Below are positions 25,756 through 38,203 of a stretch of DNA of 64,000 nucleotides, one piece after another. How positions within the stretch are numbered: position 1 is the stretch's first letter; each line of letters starts with the position of its first letter. A model generated the notes under the pieces. That model saw only the letters and a program-made list of their open reading frames with translations, was not told the origin of the DNA and ran no database searches. Position numbers and translations under genes: made by a program. This DNA is from Felis catus (taxonomy: Eukaryota): NCBI RefSeq assembly GCF_018350175.1, contig NC_058368.1:124870001-124934000 (forward strand), in the 5' to 3' direction.

Positions 25756-26689
25756 TCTAAATAGGTCAATATACTGATTTTTAAAAAGAAATTCACCAAA
25801 GGAATCATACACAATAGTATAGTAGGAAATACCACTTGGGACCTTTTTTGTCTTTTTCTTTTCTTTTCTTTTTTTTTTTTTAAGACTATGGTTTGGTAAA
25901 TCCAAGAACACTATCAATCTGTCAATTAATCAGTGTTATTGAGTACCTATTACATGAAAAGAATCATGATATTGTTGTATGAACTATAAAAGAGCATGAA
26001 GTGTAAGTTTTGCCTTTAAGAGATTTATAATTTGGTCAGGAAGAAAAGATTTAAGTACATTGAAACATAAATTACAATATATGAAAATAACATGAAAGCA
26101 GACAGAGGCAGTTTATGGCCAGTGGTCCAATCAGTGGTATAAACTCCAAATAAAAGTAATGCGTTAGTAAATGGAAGAAATCATTATACAACAAAATTTT
26201 GTATGTGAACATGTTGTTATTTAGCCAAGAAACACTGAAGGACAGGCAAGTCACAGATCAGTTAGGCAAGAGGGTTGGTTCCCTTGCTCCAATGTTGAAA
26301 CAAACCGTCAGGTCAAAACTATTTGCAGATAAAGGGGAGGGCTAGTGGGTCAATCTCAGGAAGACCAAAAACATCTACCACTTGGAATATTGGAAATATG
26401 GTGCCATTAAACTCAATTCTTAAAATTCTCTTTTCTCTTTTTTAAACACAGTTGTAGAGGGCTGAGTTCATCACACACCTTGGTTCATGCCCAATATCGT
26501 GCACCAGGCAATGTCCCTTGCTCATTTTGTTTTAGTTTATTTATTTATTCCCTCTTGTCTCCATGTTTCACTCCCTTTTCCCTTTTCCCTCATAGAAAAT
26601 ATTTGACATATTTGACCTGTTTAACGTGTATGGTCACATTTGCTGGTGTTCTTACAAAATGGATATTATTCTTTTGTCTGCATGTATTT

Positions 26690-28150
26690 GTTACAGCTTT
26701 ATCAAGATATAATTCACATACCATAAAATTCACCCATTTAAAGGGTACAGCTATATGGTTTTTAGTATCCTCATAGAGTTGTGCAACCATCACTACAATA
26801 AATTTTACACCAGTTTTATCGTCCTCAAAAGAAACTCTGCACCCATTAAAGAAGTAATCCTCATCCCCTTCTGCCCAGCCCCTGGCATCCACTCATCAGC
26901 TTTCTTTCTCTACAGATTTGCCTCTTCTAGACATTTCATATAAGTGGAATCATAAAAATGTGTAGACATTCATGTAAGTGGAATTAAAATGTGTGGCCGT
27001 TTGTGTCTGGCTTCTCTCACTAAGCATAATGTTTTCAAGGTTTATCCATGTTGTAACACAAATCAGTACTCCATTCCTTTTTTATGGCTGGCTAATATTT
27101 CATTGTATGGTCATATTTTGTTTTAGCCATTCATCAGTTGATGAACATTTGGGCTCTTACAAATAATACTGCTATGATCACCCATGTACAAGTCTTTCTG
27201 TAGACTATGTTTTTGGTTCTTTCAGATATACAACTGGGAGTGGAATTGCAGGGTCGTATGGTAACTCCATGTGTAACATTCTGAGGAGTTGCCACACTTT
27301 CAGGGTGGCTGCTCCATTTTACATTTGCACAGCAATGTCTCCACAATCTCACCAACACTTGCCATTTTCTGTCGTTTTTATTAATAACCATCAGTAGGTA
27401 ATAAGTGGTATTTCATTGTGCTTTTTTTAAAAAAAAAAAAAGATTTTATTTTTAAGTAATCTCTACACCCAGCATGGGGCACACACTCACAACCCCGAGG
27501 TCAAGAATCGCATGCCCTAATGTCTGAGCCAGACAAACACCTCCTCACTGTGCTTTTTATTTGTCTTTTCCTCATAGTTACTGTTAGGCATCTTTTCATG
27601 TGCTCAGTAACCACTTGTATATCTTCCTTGGAGAAATGTTTATTCCAATCCTTAGCCTCTTTCCAAATTGGGTTGTCTTTTTATTATTGTGCTGTAAAAA
27701 TTCTTTACATATTCTAGATACAAGTTCCTTCTCGGGGCTGTCCCTTCAATTTCTTGATAGTATCCTGTGAAACAAAAAGGTTATTCATTTTTATAAAGTC
27801 TAATTTGTCTGTTTCTTCCTTTGCTGCTTGTGCTTTCGGTGTGATATCTAAGAAAACGATTATGAAATACAAGATCACAAAGATTTACTCCTACGGTATC
27901 TTCCAAAAGTTTTATAATTCTACCCTTTACATTTGGCCTTTGATCCATTTTGGGTAATTTTTGTATCTGCTGTGAGGTTTGGATCCAACTTCATTCTTCA
28001 CATGTGGCTGTCTGGATTATCTCCACTGACCTATATGTCTGTTCCATATACCAGTACCATAATATCTTGATTATTGTTGCTTTATGGTTAGTTTTGAAAC
28101 CAGAAGGCAGGAGTCTTTCAATTTTGTTCTTTTTCAAGATTGTTTTGGTG
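26690..28150 (-). mobile_element. L1MB-like fragment (3'UTR plus ORF2 remnants)
   Basis: GATATAATTCACATACCATAAAATTCACCCATTTAAAG 3' end; TCAGTTGATGAACATTTGGG, GGAGAAATGTTTATTC, GTTCTTTTTCAAGATTGTTTTGG motifs. Confidence 0.85.
27424..27543 (-). mobile_element. Short older CAN-SINE (no CT region) inside the L1
   Basis: TTTAAGTAATCTCTACACCCAGCATGGGGC..CTCACAACCCCGAGGTCAAGAATCGCATG. Confidence 0.75.
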
Positions 28151-28780
28151 CATATATTTTTAAATTTATAGCATGTTTCATTTTTATCCACATATCCTTT
28201 TTATAGCTGATTTTGAAACAAAGTCCTAATGATAATTCCATGTAAAACTGCTTTTTCCTCTTTATGGAGGTGCTCTGTCCTTCCCTTCTCTGGGTTGATT
28301 AAAAGTCAAGGCTCCTCTGGTTCAAACTGACTGAGGCAGTTTCCAAACAAAGCCCTTCTGTGAGGTTGGCAATTCTTCCTTCTTCCTCAAAGTTCCTCAG
28401 ACCAGGTCTCATCTCTTTGTATTGTTGTTGTTGTTTTTAACTCTTGAGACTTTTTGAACAACTGCTCTATCTCTGATGATTCCAGTTGAGCTGCTCAAAT
28501 TGAAACCGAGTGAATGTCTTAATAATAGGCTTTGGGGGGTATATTTTTTAAAGCACGTGTATATAAAGCATTCACATAGAGATAAGCATAAGTCATAATA
28601 GTACAGGAGTGTAGATTTATTTTTAATTTATGCAAATGACATTGTGATAGATGTAGAAATATAGAGATATATCTTATTTTTTTCACATAAGTTTCTATAC
28701 ACAACCTTCATAATTGACAAAATGTAAACAAAATGGTTTCACTCCCTCACCAGAATAGAGTATAAATTTTAATTTAAAAG

Positions 28781-28956
28781 TTTTTTTAATGTTTTATTTA
28801 TTTTTGAGAGAGAGAGAGAGAAAATGAGTGGGAGAAGGGCAGAGAGAGAAAGAGATAGGGGATCCAAAGCAGGCTTGGTGCTTGAACTCACAAACTGTGA
28901 GATCATGACTTGAACGAAAGTCGGAAGATCAACCAACTGTGCCACCCACATGCCCC
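28781..28956 (-). mobile_element. CAN-SINE with an internal deletion
   Basis: 18-bp TSD ATAAATTTTAATTTAAAA at 28762-28779 and 28957-28974. Confidence 0.92.
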
Positions 28957-28985
28957 ATAAATTTTAATTTAAAAACAAACAAACA

Positions 28986-29180
28986 GGGGCACCTGGGTGG
29001 CTAAGTCAGTTAAGCATCAGACTCTTGATTTCAGTTCAGGTTATGATCACATGATTCCTGGGATCCAGCCCTGTGTAGGCAGAACCTGCTTGGGATTCTC
29101 TCTCTCCTCTCTCTCTGTCCCTCTCCCTGCTCACATTCTCTCTCTCTCTCTCAACATAAATAAACACTTTAAAAAAAAAA
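28986..29180 (+). mobile_element. CAN-SINE
   Basis: Head, CT region, A tail. Confidence 0.92.
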
Positions 29181-29218
29181 TACCCTCCCTTACCAGGCAT
29201 TAAGCCAGCTCTGTTGGC

Positions 29219-29417
29219 TTTTTTTTTTTTTAACATTTATTTACTTCTGAGAGAGAGAGAGAGACAAATCACAAGCAGGGGAGGGGCATAGAAAGAGGCA
29301 GACACAGAATCTGAAGCAGTCTCCAAGCTCCAGCACAAAGCCTGAAGCAGGGCTTGAACTCACAGACCATGAGACCATGACCTGAGCTGAAGTTGGATGC
29401 TTAACCAACTGAGCCCC
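29219..29417 (-). mobile_element. CAN-SINE
   Basis: Reverse-complement element, head slightly truncated. Confidence 0.9.
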
Positions 29418-32400
29418 ACAAATGTGCTGAAATTTATCAGAAAATTCATCGCAGCTATGTCACCATATGAGCCACCCACATGGCCAGGGGCATAAGGGAC
29501 AGAGGTATCTAAATTGTGAGATGTGTAATAACCAACATTGATAATTTGACAAGTCTAGCAAATCTCTAGCTGCAGGACTATAGCAAAGCTTTAAGGACAC
29601 TAGAATGTGGGAAAAGTCCCCAGTAAAGCAATGAAGTAATGGGTCAGTGAATAAATCACTTGTGGAATCGATTTTTGGTGAACTAGCTTGTGGCAAATTC
29701 ACTCATTATCAATGAATTGACTTTTGCTGCATGGGCCTGATGCAACACGTAGAACTGGAATGTATAAATGTAGGTTAGGTCCCACAGTCTCCACCACAAT
29801 GATCTTGAATCCTACTTTACTGCAACCTGTGGTAAGGAATACACTTTGCAGCAAGACTATATGCACACACATGCATACACACAACACACACAAAAGATTC
29901 ACATTGCCTTCACTCCAGGCAATGCACTCTGATATTTTCTATCCTATTTATTTTATTTTTTTTAAATAATAGTTACAACCCAATAACGTGATTTCTTAAT
30001 CATTTAATTGGTTTTGACCTGCCGTTTAGAAAACCTTGTAACAGAAAACCTGTTGTAATTTTGAATCTATAGTACAAGGTTAATAGTCCCATAGCACCAA
30101 ACTAACATGGTTAATACTGTTTTGGAGAAAATAATGGATATGGTTCCAACTGAGTGTTCCAGGATACAATTCCCCACTGCAAAGGAACATTCTATCTACT
30201 CTAAATCCTATCGTGGGACCATAGGGAGACCTTGAAGCTCCACATTGCTGTTGTGGCTGCTCTGGCCTGATGGGTCACCGAGGAGCTAATTAAAAGGCTG
30301 AGGGGAGAGAAATGCCTTGGTCACCAGATGCCTCACTAATGGAGCCCTTTCTTTTCCTCTACCAAACCTGTTTCACTTTGCACTGCCAAAACTGGCTGGC
30401 TATCTGCTGTCCATAGGAATTGCTCTTTCCCTTGCTCTGCTAAAACAAACACCATCTCAACCTTTTCACTTCTTCTGTCCTGCAATCAAGTCAGCAACCA
30501 TATGAGGTTTCCTAAAGGGTAGAGTGCTGGCAATGAGAATGCACTTATTGGGTAGAAAAGCCTCATGCCTTTTCTTTCTCCCTTGGGCTGGGTAAGAAAA
30601 AACAGAATTGCACATAGATTCTTGTGGTGAGTTTTCAAGTGCAGCAGCGTTGATTTACCATCATTTTAAGAAAAAACAGACTTGGGTTGCTCTGATGGGG
30701 CCTTCATGTCATCTGCCTGAAACCAATATTTTATGATACTATTTCTAATTCGGTGACATATGAATATTAGAGGGGAAAATGATAAAAACATACGCCATGT
30801 GCTATTGTATAATGTCTCATCATTTAGCCATGAATTTAAACAAATTACATGCTGATTATACTTCAAGTGTAAAATGCTGAGGGCCTCTTCTGCCCTTTTG
30901 AGTTCAATTAAATTTTTAATTACTTGGTAAAGGGAAGCACTTCAGGAAAGAGAGGTGACATTTCACCCAAAAGCTTTTGTAAAATTAAGAGTTGAAGAAC
31001 AATGATATTTTTATCTGCTATTGTTCACTGATGACCAGCCAGTCTATTTGTTTGTCTGTTTTTGTATTTAACCATCTCCATATGTCCATCCCCAATGGAC
31101 TTGTATCAGCCATGCTGGATGCTGATAGGAAAGATTAGAATCAAAGATGAAGAATAAATAATACTTCACCTATTTTCAGGTTTTTCAAATTTCTGGGACT
31201 CATCCTTTGTCGCTGGAGCTTTCCATATTGAAGTCAACCCAAAACTTAATTTAGGGAGAATGTTTGATTAGCATTCCTTCAGTTATGAGGCCTTTACAAA
31301 GCACAGTGTTTTCTTGGCATCTTTGTTAGATTTATTTTCTTCCTTATCCGTGTGAGCATCTTTAGAAGAAGATGATGAAAGAACTGAACTTTGAAATGGA
31401 CTTACTGAGAAGGTAAATGTGAAGCACTCAATTTGAAAAACTGAGAAAATACAAAACTGAGAGTGTTATATGAGTATTTGAGGATTCTGAAAGCCTAGGG
31501 TGTGTGTTGGATAATTCTACCGAAATGCCTAAGAATCTGTTTTGGAATTCCAGGCCTACATTGGAGAGGCTGATAACTCAGTGAGTTAGAACATAATGCT
31601 AATGAGCTGAGATGACAATCATGGTCCTTGTTTGAGTTACTGGGAGTCATTAAAAGAAATTTTGTTACTTTTACCCCCCACTAAACTTCTAACCCCAGTG
31701 ACCTGCTGGAAAATTTTCTGCTACTGCTCAAAATAGGACTGGTTGAGGACTATGAGTGATTATACTATCGTTACTCAGAAAACCTTCAAGTGCCTGGTAC
31801 CTGATAGGCACTTGATAAACATTTGTTGACTGATTAGAGATGTCTGATTGTTACACAAAGAATACATTTATTCTTCCTGGAAGCAGTGATGTATAATGGG
31901 AAGAAGACCAAACTTAGAGTTAGCAGCCTATCCTGCCAATTTTCCAGCTAAGTGATTTGCAGCAGGATTAAAAAAACAAACAAACAAAAAAAACAAAAAC
32001 AAAAAAACTCCCTATGGCTCCATTTCCAAGTCTGTACAACGGGGAAACTTTGTCTCCAAAACGACCTGTGGAAGAATTACGTGGGTAACAGTATGCAAGA
32101 ACACCTGACAGACTGGAGCCCTTATCAAATGTTGGATGAATCAAATCCTAAATTTTCTGTTGTCGTGAATGAGTTTGTCTTCAATTTTAGTCTTTCCACC
32201 AATAATTTTAATCTATTTATTTTGTTCTCTGGATTATGTAGTATTCTTCCTCCCTTAAAAATAATCAACTCATTTTTGGCAAAGTACAGATGGAAGCAAA
32301 AATAATAGGAATATTAAATATTACAATGCCAATAGAAGGGATTAAGACCAACTTTGAGGTATTAGTAAGACCACAGAGTACCGCCAGGCTCCTGAGTGTA

Positions 32401-33036
32401 TGTGGGTAAAGGAGGTAGGGAATCCAATAGTAACTTCCCTGGGTAAGTACAACTGCAGCATTTCAGAGAGAACTCAGTCGATTATGATGTTATGCCATCC
32501 TCTGGTCAATGATGGCCTCTTGGCAGTTACCTAAGCTGATGCTATTGTTGTTGATTAGACTAATATGAAGAGTTATGACAGCTGCTGGGGTACTTTGCTT
32601 CAAATAAAATGAAAATAGAATCCAAGGAAAGAGAAAAAGATACAACTGAAGGAGCCAAAAATCACCTGAGTTAGAAGAGGCCATTTTGAACATATGCTCA
32701 GCTTCTAAGGAGGCTGACAACTCCAGTATGAGACAGGCCAGGCTGTTCGGGAGCTGTCCCTTGTCCTCTGCCAGACGTGATGATCAGTAACTGTCACATG
32801 AATAGGCAGAGCTGGGCCCGGCCCTGAAACTGCAGTGAGGAGCACTGGCCCAGCCAACAAGGCTGCAAAGCAGTTGGAGAATAGAAAAATGCTAATGTTC
32901 TTGGTTTCCTCAACCCTCAATACACAATCTAAGTTCCAACGTATGGTCAACTGTTTCAGAAAGGTAAAGAATTGCTTTTAGGAAAATCTGGCCATTTGAA
33001 AATCAGCTTAGAAAAGTTCTTATAGTTCAGAAGCTT

Positions 33037-33225
33037 TTTAAAGTTTATTTATTTATTTTGAGAGAGAGAGAGACCTGGGGAGGAGCAGGGAGAGAGAGAG
33101 GGAGGGACAGAGAGGATCCCAAGAGGATCCACGCTGTCAGCACAGAGTCCAACATACCAGGAGATCATAACCTGAGGGGAAATCAAGAGTTGGATGCTTA
33201 ACTGACTGAGCCACCCAGGCACCCC
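33037..33225 (-). mobile_element. CAN-SINE
   Basis: Reverse-complement element ending CCACCCAGGCACCCC. Confidence 0.9.
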
Positions 33226-33434
33226 TATTTCAAAAGCTTTTGATGTCAATGATATTTCTGTATAATTTTCATCACTGATCATTTTAATATTTGAATTTTT
33301 TTTTTTTAAACCTAGCTCTTCGGATTTCTTCAATTCACGTTGCAATATCCTATTTCTAAAGAAGGACATGAATCTTAAAACGTAATTTTGAGACCCTATG
33401 CAATATGAAAAGTGGTTTAAAATAAGATGAAAAA

Positions 33435-34140
33435 GGGGCACCTGGATGTCTCAGTCAGTTAAGAATCCAATTCTTGATTTTGGCTCAGGTCATGATCTCA
33501 CGGTTCATGAGTTCGAGGCCTGAGTCAAGCTCTGTGCTGACAGTGAGGAGCCTGCTTGGGATTCTTACTCTCTTGGGGCACCTGGGTGGCTCAGACAAGG
33601 ATCTGACTTCGGATCAGGTCATGATCTCACAGCTTGTGAGTTTGAACCGCAGGTAGGGCTCTATACTCACAGCTCAGAGCCTGGAGACTTCTTTGGATTC
33701 TGTGTGTCCCTCTCTATCTCTGCCCCTCCCCCACTCACACTCTCTATCTCTCTGTCTCTCTGTCTCTCTGTCTCAAAAGTGAATAAACCTTATGGGGCGC
33801 CTGGGTGGCGCAGTCAGTTAAGCGTCCCACTTCAGCCAGGTCACGATCTCGCGGTCCGTGAGTTCGAGCCCCGTGTCGGGCTCTGGGCTGATGGCTCAGA
33901 GCCTGGAGCCTGTTTCCGATTCTGTGTCTCCCTCTCTCTCTGCCCCTCCCCCGTTCATGCTCTGTCTCTCTCTGTCCCAAAAATAAATAAAAAAAAAACG
34001 TTGAAAAAAATTTAAAAAAAAAAAAGTGAATAAACCTTAAAAATTTTTTTAAAAAAAGATTCTTACTCTCTTTCTTTCTCTGCCCCTCCCTCACTCTCTC
34101 TCTCTCAAAAATAAACATCTAAAAATTAATAAATAAAACA
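33435..34140 (+). mobile_element. Three nested CAN-SINEs (outer 33435-33574 plus 34073-34140; middle 33575-33792 plus tail to 34057; inner 33794-34021)
   Basis: TSD GATTCTTACTCTCTT at 33560-33574 and 34058-34072; TSD AAAAGTGAATAAACCTTA at 33775-33792 and 34022-34039. Confidence 0.93.
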
Positions 34141-34681
34141 AAATGAAATGAAATGAAAAGTTTGTTTCCATGGTCTGACCCTGCCTAGTCCAGTGTTTTC
34201 TTATCTTAAGTTGGCATTCTAATGTTTTCATATATACTGGTAAGCTATAACAACAATGCCCACCCACTTTACACTGATAAAGAAGATAGTTCTGTGATTT
34301 TTGCCACCCTTTGGAGTACTTCTCAAAGAAAAGCCGTTGTTAGTTTACCTTTGCCTCTCTCAGACTGGGATATGACCCGACTTGCTTTATAGTCTGCAAG
34401 TTGAGGAGAGTAAATGCTTCTGCTTAGCTTCCTCATCTGCCATGTTTTCCTACAGCTTGGCCCAGCAGATTCTCTGCCAAAAATCATCTGAAGCAACAGA
34501 TGTATACTGCAATTGTCAATAAATATGTGTGAAGGGGAGGGCGCTCTAGAGAGATGGGCTGTGTTTTAGAGTTGTTGATACAATGACACTTTCTCATCTT
34601 AGAAATTATTTTTCTTTGTAATTTAATTAAAGCTGGAAGTCAGTGATAGGTGTCCTCTTAAGAAATGCAGAGAGGTACTAT

Positions 34682-34910
34682 GGGGCGCCTGGGTGGCGCA
34701 GTCGGTTAAGCGTCCGACTTCAGCCAGGTCACGATCTCGCGGTCCGTGAGTTCGAGCCCCGCGACAGGCTCTGGGCTGATGGCTCAGAGCCTGGAGCCTG
34801 TTTCCGATTCTGTGTCTCCCTCTCTCTCTGCCCCTCCCCCGTTCATGCTCTGTCTCTCTCTGTCCCAAAAAAATAAATAAACTTGAAAAAAAAATTAAAA
34901 AAAAAAAAAA
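34682..34910 (+). mobile_element. Young SINEC_Fc-type SINE
   Basis: CpG-rich; perfect 21-bp TSD AAGAAATGCAGAGAGGTACTA at 34660-34680 and 34911-34931. Confidence 0.96.
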
Positions 34911-35846
34911 AAGAAATGCAGAGAGGTACTAAACTTAAGTCCAAAAGTGAAGATTGTTTCCCCCATCATGTGAGTTGTATTTCTTTTTTACTTTTTTTTA
35001 AGCTAGCAAAAAACACTTTATTTAGTTACTTACTGTGCTGAAAAATATGCTGTGTCCACAGCATACACTGAATATATTGCGAGGATTACTCTTCAGTGTT
35101 GTAATTTCAGACTGGAGTGCAAAGGCTTCATAACCAACCAACTCAGTTTTAGCACTAAAGTTTGGGGAAAATAAGTCAATAAATTTTATGTTTCCAAAAG
35201 AAAACCTGGCATTCTAGCATTTAATTTCACCCTGACTATTCCTCTACCTAAAATTTAAACTTCATAATGTATATAAATTAGTGCCCTTGTTATAGAAACA
35301 CCTTTATTTTCAAAAGTTAGGAAAGTTATAGGAGTCTAATGAAAACTTAGCCAAAGCAAAATCACTGGTAATAAGGCATACTTTTTTGGGAAAGATTTAT
35401 TCCTTCATATTTGTATGTATTATTTAAATTTATTATTGAAGAAAGATCCATGTCTGTTATAAGGTGTATAAACAACATAGAAGTAAAAAGTGAAAATTCC
35501 TTCACCCAACTCCCAAGAGTTAGTATTAACTATCTTACATGTATTTGAAATATATAAAAATTTGTCACATTAGCATTATATATAACATATATAAAATAAG
35601 TATAGACTTTACAAAAATGTAATTGTATTATAATCTGCTGCTTGCTTTTCCACTTTACTACACTTTAGACATCTTTCTTTGTCAGTACAAGAAATAAGTA
35701 GAACAAGCTATTTCACTCTTCCCTGTGACTAAATATTCATTTAAGTAGCATAATTTTTAACAATCTAACCACTACTAATGGGATCAAGTTTACTGTTACT
35801 CTTTCATGACTATCAACACTGCTCTGTAGAATAGAAATCAAAGCAA

Positions 35847-36072
35847 GGGCACCTGGTTGGCTCAGTTGGTTAAGCACCTGACTCTTGATTTTGACTCAGG
35901 TCATGATCTCACAGTGCATGAGTTCGAGCCCCACAACAGGCTCTGTGCACTGGCAGTGTGGAGCCTGCTTGTGATTCTCCCTCTCTCTCTCTCTCTCTCC
36001 CTTTCTCTCTCTCTGCCCCTCCCCTGCTCACTAGCTCTCTCTCCAAACAAATAAATAAACATAAAAAAAAAA
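35847..36072 (+). mobile_element. CAN-SINE
   Basis: TSD AGAAATCAAAGCA. Confidence 0.94.
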
Positions 36073-36329
36073 GAAATCAAAGCATAGTTTTGTTTAAATT
36101 TTTAAAAGCAATTTCACATTGCCCTCTTTGGTTCTGTATTCGATACCTCTTGTGTCCACCTGCATCTTGCACATCTTTTATTTCCATTATTGCTGCAGCT
36201 TTGTGCTGCTGTCTGCAGCACGACAGCATCTCACTCCAGCCTGACCTCATTATCTCTCACTTCTCCTCAGGGTCTATCAGGCTGTCTGACCGATGCCTGG
36301 GGACACTAATCAGCTTTCACCAGTGCGTA

Positions 36330-36621
36330 CACCTTGAAATACGAAAGGCTAACACTTCTTGGTGTGACTCTTATCCAATGAGGACAGGAGCTGGTGGGTA
36401 AATGCTCCCCTCCCCTCTCCCATTCTTTAGGTGGGCAATTATGAGTCACAATTCACACAACCCTTCAGAAGGTCCCTGAGAGATCCAGCCCTTGACTGCC
36501 TACAAGGGTGGTGACCAACTGGAAAAAGCTCCCCGTGGTTGGGCTTTACCGTTCCCTTTTCATTCCCCCACTCCTATTCCATGGTCTCAGGCTCTGCTTT
36601 TGGGGGGATCTCAGTTAAGAC
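36330..36621 (+). mobile_element. LTR16-like ERVL LTR remnant
   Basis: 3' end GTCTCAGGCTCTGCTTTTGGGGGGATCTCAGTTAAGACA resembles recalled LTR16-family termini. Confidence 0.5.
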
Positions 36622-37605
36622 AGGTACAGATTAAACCCGACCAAAGATGACTGTTTCTTCTCATCCTCAGCCACATCAGGCATTGTCCACCTTTTTAAAC
36701 GTTGTCAGTCTTACAGGAAATAAATAAATCTCACTGTTTTAATTTGCAAGTCTGAATAATAGTAAGTTACATATTTAAAAAAAACAAACTTTAAAACATC
36801 AGCAAGTAAACCATGATCAAGAGTCTGTCATTTCTTCCAACATTAAAACCCTAAGGAAAAATACTTTGTTGCCTTTTTCCCCCAGATGAAGGTAGTACTT
36901 TCTGATTTTCACACAGTAACTGACACCACAAAGATAATAACAAGGATACAACATGACCAGAAGTCTTTTCTTACTGTCTTACAGACCTTGACATATTAAG
37001 ATAGGACTAGCAAATGATGGCTACATAATCTGAACTGGGTCCTTTGTCCACATGTGTCACACTCTGACAAAATGCTATTTGCTAATAATTCCTATGGTGT
37101 AAACACACCTATCCATCCATAAAATGTTAGAGCTGAAATAGACATTAAATTCCATCTTGTTCAGTGTCCTTACTTTGAAAATGGGGACACTAAAACCCAG
37201 GGAAGAGAAGTGACTAAATGACTCACCCAATATGACACAGACGGAGAGAGCAGTAATCTGGGACTCCTGACTCTGGGTTCGGTGTTTTTCTTAATAAATT
37301 ATGTTCTCCTTTCAGAAACTAATTATTTGGCTTCTCCAAAATGTCCTCAGCCCTTGTGTCTGGTAAGAGCCCATTTACTCTTGAAATATAATAAGATAAA
37401 TAATGCTATTCATAATTTCACCATAGAGACATTACAAAGGACTACAGGTTTCCTCTCTAAAAGTAGAGCTTTCCTATGAAAACTTTGTAAGCCAAAATGG
37501 CATAAAGCAAAGAAGCACTTAAAATTAATTTATATGGGTGGGAATGCAAGCTGGTGCAGCGTCTCTGGAAAACAGTATGGAGCTTCCTCAAAAAAACTAA
37601 AAATA

Positions 37606-37835
37606 GGGGCGCCTGGGTGGCTTAGTCGGTTGAGCTCCAACTTTCGCTCAGGTCACGATCTCGCAGTCCGTGAGTTCGAGCCCCGCATTGGGCCCCTGCG
37701 CTGACAGCTCAGAGCCCGAGCCTGTTTCAGATTCTGTGTCTCCCTCTCTCTGACCCTCCCCCGTTCATGCTCTGTCTCTCTCTGTCTCAAAAATAAATAA
37801 ATGTTAAAAAAAAAAATTAAAAAAAAAAAACAAAC
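37606..37835 (+). mobile_element. CAN-SINE inserted into the L1
   Basis: TSD AAAAACTAAAAATAG on both sides; L1 sequence resumes after it. Confidence 0.94.
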
Positions 37836-38022
37836 AAAAACTAAAAATAGAACTACCCTACGACCCAGCAATTGCACTACTAGGCATTTATCCAAGGGAT
37901 ACAGGTGTGTTGTTTTGAAGGGACACATGCACCCCAATGTTTATCGCAGCACTATCAACAATAGCCAAAGTATGGAAAAAGCCCAAATGTCCATTAATGG
38001 ATGAATGGATAAAGAAGATGTG

Positions 38023-38023
38023 G

Positions 38024-38084
<61 letters not shown>

Positions 38085-38155
38085 ATATATATATATATAT
38101 ACACATATATATATATACCACATATATATATACCACATATATATATATATATATA

Positions 38156-38197
<42 letters not shown>
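38023..38197. repeat. Compound (TA)n/(CA)n microsatellite expanded inside L1 ORF2
   Basis: ~175 bp of interrupted TA followed by CA. Confidence 0.96.

Positions 38198-38203
<6 letters not shown>

Noticed and set aside
31366..31412. Purine-rich AG...GTAAAT segment resembling a small exon
   Set aside because: Weak polypyrimidine tract, no partner exons or recognisable product; such motifs are expected by chance.
32770..32830. Possible C/D box snoRNA (GTGATGA ... CTGA)
   Set aside because: Only ~50 nt, no convincing terminal stem, and not in an identifiable host intron.
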